Below the pieces are notes generated by a model that was given only the letters and a program-made list of their open reading frames with translations, did no database searches and was not told the DNA's origin. Source: Candidatus Nomurabacteria bacterium RIFCSPLOWO2_01_FULL_42_20 (GTDB lineage Bacteria; Patescibacteriota; Minisyncoccia; Phycocordibacterales; CAZVEC01). Taken from it: DNA of 39,896 nucleotides. Every line of letters starts with the position of its first letter. Positions within the stretch are counted from its first letter, which is position 1. The translations under genes and the position numbers were made by a program. Location of the stretch: positions 1-39,896 of the forward strand of contig MFVF01000034.1 in the NCBI GenBank assembly GCA_001785965.1, read 5' to 3'. This document shows, one piece after another, positions 34,051 through 39,896 of the stretch.

Positions 34051-36357
34051 TTCGGGCCATTTTTCTACCATTAATAAATTTGTTTTTCCCATCAGTTGCC
34101 AGATCTCTTCAGTCACGAACGGCATAAAAGGATGGAGGATTTTCAATGAATCTTCCAAGATTTTAAACAAAGCCCATTTTCTCGAATTTTGTTCGGCGGC
34201 AGATCCTTTGGCAAAAATTCCCTTGCTCTCTTCCAGTATTATATCAGCAAATCGGTGCCAGACATAGTGGTAGATTTTTTCGCCAGCCAGATAAAAACGA
34301 AATTCCTCAATATCTTTAGTAATATCTTTTGCCAAACTACTGAATTCGTCAAGCAGTGTTTTGTCTTCTTCCGTCAAAATTATCTCATCATTCCGCGTAT
34401 GTTCCGCGTTCTTCTGCAATAGAACAAACCGGCTAATGTTCCAAATCTTATTGGCGAAATGCCTATAGGCTTTTATTTTATTTTCATCAACCTTGCTGTC
34501 CGTGCCCGGCGCCGTACCGACCACCAGCGACATCCGGACAGCATCCGTGCCGTATTTGGCAGTCATGTCTAGGGGATCAATCGCGTTGCCGAGCGACTTG
34601 GACATTTTTTTGCCCTTGCTGTCGCGGATGGTGCCATGGAGGTAAACTGTCCGAAAGGGAATTTCGCCCAAGAAAAAACCGGACATCATAATCATCCGAG
34701 CAACCCAGAAGAAAAGAATCTCATAGCCGGTTTCAAGCACTGAGGTGGGGTGGAAAGTTTCTAGATCTTTTGTTTTTTCTGGATAACCAAGAGTCGAAAA
34801 AGTCCAAAGGGCCGAAGAAAACCAAGTATCCAGAGTGTCTGGATCTTGTTCTAATTCATTTCCGCAATCAGGACATTTTTTTATTGGCTCTATTGAAATA
34901 ATAGGTTGACACTCTAATTTTTCCGCCGAAGGCGGATCCGCCTCTGGCGGAAAATTTTTAATTTTTAATTTTTGATTTTGTTTGGAAATTGGAAATTGGA
35001 AATTGGAAATTCCTGCCTGTTTACAGTAGTAAACAGGCAGGCGGTGGCCATACCAAATTTGGCGGGAAATGCACCAGTCGCGAAGGTTGTCTATCCAGTG
35101 AAAATAAGTTTTTTTGAAGTGGTCGGGAATAATTTCAATTTCGCTGTTTTCCACTGGTTCGCGCATCAAATCCTTCAAAGTTTTATTTTTTCGTTCCTTT
35201 ATGGGCTTATTTACGTTAACAAACCACTGGAGCTTGGGTAAGGGTTCTACAACGCCGCCGGTTCTTTCGGCTAAAGCAATATTGTGGATTATTTCTTCTT
35301 CTTTCTCCAGAAGGCCTTCTTTTCTAAGAGTCTCAACAATAATTTCTCGAGCCTCCGACACTTTTTTGTCTTTCAGCAGAGGATTGGGAACCATCATTCT
35401 GGCATATTCGTTTATAACTTGAATCATCGGCAGGTTGTGCCTTTGGGCAATTTCCGAATCTATGACGCTGTGGGCGGGAGTGACGCCCAAGGCGCCGGTG
35501 CCGAATTCCGGATCAACTGATTGGTCAGCAATAATTTTTATGTGCAATTTCACGCCGACAAAATCAACATCATATTCTTGACCGATATATTTTTTATATC
35601 TTTGGTCATTGGGGTTGACCGCCACTGCCGTGTCGCCCAATTTAGTTTCCGGCCTAGTGGTGGCGATGGAAATAGGGAAGTCTTTTGAGTAGCGAAAAGT
35701 GTAAAATTTTGTTTTTCTTTCTTCGTAGACAATTTCATCGTCGGAAATTGTTGTCTGGCCTTTAGGATCCCAGTTGATCACTCTCTGCCCGCGGTAGATT
35801 AGTCCTTGGTCATACATTTTTTTGAAAGCGGTGCGCACAGCCAAACTTCTTTTCTCATCTAAAGTAAAAGCTTCTCTTGACCAATCCAAAGACGCTCCCA
35901 TTTTTTTTGTTTGATTAACGATTGTGTCGTGGCTTTGTTTGGCAAATTCTTCTATCCTTCGAAGAAGTTCTTCCCGTCCCAAATCCTGCCGGCGCTTGCC
36001 TTCTTTTTTATAAATTTCTGTTTCCACTCTCGATTGGGTGGCGATGGCGGCGTGATCTGTGCCGGGAATCCAGAGAGTTTTATATCCTCTCATTCGGTGA
36101 AAGCGAACCATGATGTCTTCAATGGCGATAGTAAGCGCGTGGCCCATGTGAAGGACGCCGGTAACATTCGGCGGCGGCAGGACCATCGAGAAGGTTTTAT
36201 CTTTGTTCGGATTATCCGTCCAAGGCGGGTGCGCCTCTGGCGCAAAAAAGCCCGACTCTTCCCAGAGCTTGTAAATTCTGTCTTCAGTTTCGGCAGAGTT
36301 GTAGGGCTTTAGCAGTTTTCTTGCCCCGTTAGAATTTTTTTCTGAATTAATATTCAT
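34039..36357 (-). CDS. valS: Valine--tRNA ligase (short form, no C-terminal coiled-coil arm)
   Basis: PPPNVTGVLHMGHA, DWCISRQIWYGH, DTWFSS, KMSKS; ends just after HPFMPFVTEEIW...WP. Confidence 0.97.
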   Translation of the reverse strand: MNINSEKNSNGARKLLKPYNSAETEDRIYKLWEESGFFAPEAHPPWTDNPNKDKTFSMVLPPPNVTGVLHMGHALTIAIEDIMVRFHRMRGYKTLWIPGTDHAAIATQSRVETEIYKKEGKRRQDLGREELLRRIEEFAKQSHDTIVNQTKKMGASLDWSREAFTLDEKRSLAVRTAFKKMYDQGLIYRGQRVINWDPKGQTTISDDEIVYEERKTKFYTFRYSKDFPISIATTRPETKLGDTAVAVNPNDQRYKKYIGQEYDVDFVGVKLHIKIIADQSVDPEFGTGALGVTPAHSVIDSEIAQRHNLPMIQVINEYARMMVPNPLLKDKKVSEAREIIVETLRKEGLLEKEEEIIHNIALAERTGGVVEPLPKLQWFVNVNKPIKERKNKTLKDLMREPVENSEIEIIPDHFKKTYFHWIDNLRDWCISRQIWYGHRLPVYYCKQAGISNFQFPISKQNQKLKIKNFPPEADPPSAEKLECQPIISIEPIKKCPDCGNELEQDPDTLDTWFSSALWTFSTLGYPEKTKDLETFHPTSVLETGYEILFFWVARMIMMSGFFLGEIPFRTVYLHGTIRDSKGKKMSKSLGNAIDPLDMTAKYGTDAVRMSLVVGTAPGTDSKVDENKIKAYRHFANKIWNISRFVLLQKNAEHTRNDEIILTEEDKTLLDEFSSLAKDITKDIEEFRFYLAGEKIYHYVWHRFADIILEESKGIFAKGSAAEQNSRKWALFKILEDSLKILHPFMPFVTEEIWQLMGKTNLLMVEKWPEQAR

Positions 36358-36470
36358 AATTAAAATATATTAGCAAAATAATCATTTAATTAACCACCAA
36401 ATTAGAATTTTAAAAATTTCTAATGGGGTCGGGGAGGGCCATGAATTAAATAATACCGTAATTTTTCAGA

Positions 36471-37625
36471 TTATTCCAATCGTAGACCGCCACAGGCGGC
36501 GATGGAGTGGGATTTGGACGGCGCGCTTTTGGTGATGTAGCGAAAATAGCCGGCCAGAGCGATCATGATGGAATTATCAACGGAAAGCTCTTTAGTGGGG
36601 AAGTAAATCGGAATGTTAAGTTTTTCCACTTCTTTTTGCAAAGTTTTTCTAATTTGATCATTGGCAATTACGCCGCCGCCAGTAATAATTGTTTTTACTT
36701 TGAATTCTTTGGCCGACCGCATTGTTTTTGAAACCAAAACATCAGTCACCGCGTCTTGAAATTCTTTGGCGATTGCCATTTTCCAGCCCGAGGCTGGTCC
36801 GCCTTGGGCGGATATTTTGAATTTATATTTTTTTTCTAAATCTCTCACTAGATATAATACGGCGGTTTTGAGTCCCGAAAAGGAAAAATCGAAATCACCG
36901 CTGTTAATCATAGGGCGGGGGAGGGAAATTTGAATTTTCCCTCTCCTTACTAAGGAGAGGGCAGGGTGAGGTGGATTTAATTTCGCCAATTTTGAAATTT
37001 CCGGCCCGCCGGGATAGGGAAGGCCAAGAAGCCGCGCCACTTTGTCAAAAGCTTCGCCGGCCGCGTCATCTCTTGTCTCGCCCAGAATTTTATAGTTCAT
37101 AAATTTTTTTACTAAAACCAACTCGGTATGTCCGCCGGAAATAAGCAAAGCCAAGGCCGGAAATCCCACTTTCCTTAGTGTTTCAAATTCTTTTAACTTT
37201 AAACTTTTAACTTTCAACTGGTCATATTTTTTCTTCTCTTTAAGAAGAGAAGAAAAAATATGACCTTCCATGTGATTAACCGGTATTAATTTCTTTTTCA
37301 ATTTTTTGGCAAGGGCCTTGGCGAATTCAAGGCCGGTCCATAAAGCCGGCTCTAATCCTGGTCCATAGGTGACAGCGACAATATCAATTTTTTTCTCGCT
37401 TAGACCTGCCTCTTTCAGCGTTTTTTTAAAAAGAATAGGCAGATTTTTGAGATGTTCGCGTTTGGCAAGCATCGGATAAACTCCGCCGTATTTCCGGTGA
37501 ATTTTTATTTGGCTGGCGACATTGTTGGCCAAAATCCTAAAACGCGCGCTTTTTATACCGCCCCTCGCCTCAACTATACTTATCGCTGTTTCGTCGCAGG
37601 ATGTTTCGATGGAAAGTATGATCAT
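36471..37625 (-). CDS. tsaD: tRNA N6-threonylcarbamoyltransferase TsaD
   Basis: IETSCDET, VNHMEGH, SGGHT, DDAAGEAFDK, FSFSGLKTA, DNSIMIA. Confidence 0.97.
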   Translation of the reverse strand: MIILSIETSCDETAISIVEARGGIKSARFRILANNVASQIKIHRKYGGVYPMLAKREHLKNLPILFKKTLKEAGLSEKKIDIVAVTYGPGLEPALWTGLEFAKALAKKLKKKLIPVNHMEGHIFSSLLKEKKKYDQLKVKSLKLKEFETLRKVGFPALALLISGGHTELVLVKKFMNYKILGETRDDAAGEAFDKVARLLGLPYPGGPEISKLAKLNPPHPALSLVRRGKIQISLPRPMINSGDFDFSFSGLKTAVLYLVRDLEKKYKFKISAQGGPASGWKMAIAKEFQDAVTDVLVSKTMRSAKEFKVKTIITGGGVIANDQIRKTLQKEVEKLNIPIYFPTKELSVDNSIMIALAGYFRYITKSAPSKSHSIAACGGLRLE

Positions 37626-37743
37626 AACTTTTATACACTAGCATATTAAAAATCAAAAATATATAATAAACATGTGGGTATTCGCGAAACTTAGTCGACT
37701 TTCGCAAATCCAGGTGTTAGCGGTAATAATAAAAACGAACTCC

Positions 37744-38223
37744 ATGACACAAGTTAGATTAATGACAGAATCCGATTCTTTGGAACTTTCACAAGTTATT
37801 AAAGAAGTAATTCAAGATATTCCATACTACAACGACCTTGCAAAATCTAACGAGATTAAAAAATTTTCTGCTTCGGCTCTTGCTGACAAAATTCGTGAGG
37901 ACAAATACTCTGCAATAGTTGCTACCGAAAACAAAAAAATAATTGGCTTTTGTTTAAGCCGTTTTGACGATTATTTAATTTGGCTTGAATGGTTTGGAAT
38001 ACTTAAAAACCAACGGGGCAAAAGAATTTCAAAATTATTATTAGAAGAATTAGAAAAGACAACTCATTTAAGGGGATGTCATAAAATATGGTGCGACTGC
38101 CGAACAACTAACGAAGCGTCAAAACATATCCTTTCTGCTTTTGGCTACCAGCAAATTGCAACTGTATCAAATCACTGGTATGGACAAGATTTTATTTTGT
38201 GGCAAAAACTACTTGCTAAATGA
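37744..38223 (+). CDS. GNAT family N-acetyltransferase
   Basis: IIGFC, QRGKRISKLLL, NEASKHILSAFGY; start set at the second Met of the ORF. Confidence 0.8.
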   Translation: MTQVRLMTESDSLELSQVIKEVIQDIPYYNDLAKSNEIKKFSASALADKIREDKYSAIVATENKKIIGFCLSRFDDYLIWLEWFGILKNQRGKRISKLLLEELEKTTHLRGCHKIWCDCRTTNEASKHILSAFGYQQIATVSNHWYGQDFILWQKLLAK

Positions 38224-38288
38224 TTTATTACTGGGAATATTTTAAACAAAGCTCTAGCATTATACCTAGATTTTGCTAAAATTAAAGT

Positions 38289-38699
38289 ATGTCTGCCTTA
38301 TCTTTAATTTTCACATTGGCGGCGATTGGCATAAGCGAGACTGTTTATTTGATTAGAATGAGAATTGTTGCCCAAAAGCCAATTTGTCCCATCGGCGGCG
38401 ATTGCCAAATTGTTCTAACTAGCAAGTGGAGCCATATTTTCGGCGTGCCAAATGATATTTTGGGACTTTTAAACTATATCGGTGTTGCTTTTCTTTCCGC
38501 ATTTCTTGTAATCGGATTTGGGCCGGCAAGTCTCTGGCTTCTTCTTTTGAAAATCAGCATTGCTCTTACTTCATTGCTTTCGCTATTTTTAATTTATTTA
38601 CAGTGGAAGGTAATCAAGGCGTGGTGTTTTTGGTGCGTCATGTCGGCTTGCACATTTTGGCTGATGGGGATTATAATGATAGTAAACAGTTTCGTTTAA
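38289..38699 (+). CDS. Vitamin K epoxide reductase (VKOR) family protein
   Basis: CPIGGDC..VLTSKWSHIFGVP and WCFWC. Confidence 0.92.
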   Translation: MSALSLIFTLAAIGISETVYLIRMRIVAQKPICPIGGDCQIVLTSKWSHIFGVPNDILGLLNYIGVAFLSAFLVIGFGPASLWLLLLKISIALTSLLSLFLIYLQWKVIKAWCFWCVMSACTFWLMGIIMIVNSFV

Positions 38700-38705
38700 T
38701 TTAAT

Positions 38706-39362
38706 ATGAAGAAAAACTTTCTCATTACAACTTTTATTTTTGTTTTCGGTTTCGTCTTACTCCCCAGCTTTTCTTTTGCTCAAGGAATGATGGAAAATAC
38801 CGCGGTAGTGTCAGATGGCCATACCGCCCGCGAAGAAGCCGAGGGTAAAATTATTTTGGAAAAACTCCAAGCCAAACAAGCCGCCTGTGCGGATTTGTCC
38901 GATGATGACTTTGAAAAATTAGGTGAATACTTTATGGGTACTATGATGGGCGCGTCTCATGAGGCAATGAATATTATGATGGTTGGAATGATGGGGAAAG
39001 ATGGTGAAGAACAAATGCATATAGCGATAGGTAAACGAATGAGCAATTGCGAGCCTGACGCGTCAATCCCACAAAATATAATGAACATGATGATGGGCGG
39101 CGGCATGATGGGAGGAAGCGGCAATTCTATGATGAATTTTGGTACTTTTGGTTTATTCGGCTGGATATTTGTGGTTCTTTTATGGGTTTTAGTTATCGTT
39201 AGCATTGTTGCTCTTATTAAATGGCTCATGGCGCAACCCCGCGGCTCACACGATCATGCACGCGACCACGAGAATCCTCCGCTTGAAATTCTAAAAGAAC
39301 GCTATGCCCGCAGCGAGATTGATAGAAAAGAATTTGAGGAAAAGAAAAAGGCTTTAGACTAG
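38706..39362 (+). CDS. Met-rich membrane protein with a C-terminal SHOCT domain
   Basis: Signal peptide, Met/Gly-rich linker, TM helix, LEILKERYARSEIDRKEFEEKK. Confidence 0.8.
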   Translation: MKKNFLITTFIFVFGFVLLPSFSFAQGMMENTAVVSDGHTAREEAEGKIILEKLQAKQAACADLSDDDFEKLGEYFMGTMMGASHEAMNIMMVGMMGKDGEEQMHIAIGKRMSNCEPDASIPQNIMNMMMGGGMMGGSGNSMMNFGTFGLFGWIFVVLLWVLVIVSIVALIKWLMAQPRGSHDHARDHENPPLEILKERYARSEIDRKEFEEKKKALD

Positions 39363-39380
39363 ATAAATTTATCAAAGAGC

Positions 39381-39779
39381 ATGAAAAAAACTTCGTTCCA
39401 TATTTTAAGAGTCGGATTAGCTATCACTTTCCTTTGGATTGCTGTTTTGATATTCAAAGAGCCGGAAGCTTGGGGCGCGATGTTACAGCCTTGGGCGGCC
39501 GGCCTTCTGCCGATTCCGATTGAAACTGCCATGATCGGCACGGCTGTTTTGGATTTGCTGATCGGCTTTCTGCTTTTGCTTGATGTTTGGGTTTTACTTG
39601 CCGCCATTTTGGGAAGTATTCATTTACTTATCATCATTATCACCGTCGGCATCAATCCGATTACCGTCCGCGATGTCGGTCTTCTGGCGGGAACTCTGGC
39701 ATTGCTTATTGATTCACTGCCGGCGGATATTATTAAAAAATTAAGATTAAACAACCAACAAAACCAAAATGCTAATTGA
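39381..39779 (+). CDS. DoxX family membrane protein
   Basis: LRVGLAITFLW ... VRDVGLL; 4 TM helices. Confidence 0.75.
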   Translation: MKKTSFHILRVGLAITFLWIAVLIFKEPEAWGAMLQPWAAGLLPIPIETAMIGTAVLDLLIGFLLLLDVWVLLAAILGSIHLLIIIITVGINPITVRDVGLLAGTLALLIDSLPADIIKKLRLNNQQNQNAN

Positions 39780-39896
39780 ATTTTACGGTAAAGAATGCCC
39801 TCATTGCGCCAAAATGGCGCTGGTCGTCGATAAACTTGAAAAAGAAGAGGGAATTAAGATTGAAAAATATGAAGTCTGGCACGACGACAAAAATCT
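39769..39896 (+). CDS. Thioredoxin-like protein (runs off window end)
   Basis: Translated by hand: MLIEFYGKECPHCAKMALVVDKLEKEEGIKIEKYEVWHDDK, with CPHC. Confidence 0.85.
   Translation, partial: MLIEFYGKECPHCAKMALVVDKLEKEEGIKIEKYEVWHDDKN

Overview
AT-rich bacterial chromosome segment whose gene set and style point to a Patescibacteria/CPR (Parcubacteria-like) genome; this is an inference. Housekeeping genes are comEC (partial), ychF, tsaC, leuS, murJ, lepA, ftsB-like, valS and tsaD, plus tRNA-Gly(CCC), tRNA-Arg(CCT) and tRNA-Phe(GAA). They are mixed with accessory genes: GNATs, two ArsR-like regulators, a 2H phosphoesterase, an EamA transporter, a lamin-tail protein, a 1031-aa secreted Hint-domain protein, a C39-like peptidase and a VKOR/DoxX/thioredoxin cluster. 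No transposase, integrase or CRISPR array is visible. The main unexplained signal is a dense population of short palindromic (REP/MITE-like) elements and 7/9-mer repeats. (i) They sit in frame inside conserved proteins (LeuRS, ValRS, TsaD, LepA, MurJ, glutaredoxin). (ii) They nest inside each other and show compensatory stem changes. (iii) At five loci (ychF 3' end, leuS 5' end, glutaredoxin 5' end, tRNA-Gly 3' half, tRNA-Arg 5' end) an element interrupts or truncates a dead copy of a gene terminus lying next to an intact, usually sequence-diverged copy, which looks like a recurring disruption-and-repair scar. LeuRS also carries an inserted Nudix domain, and about ten genes look leaderless.
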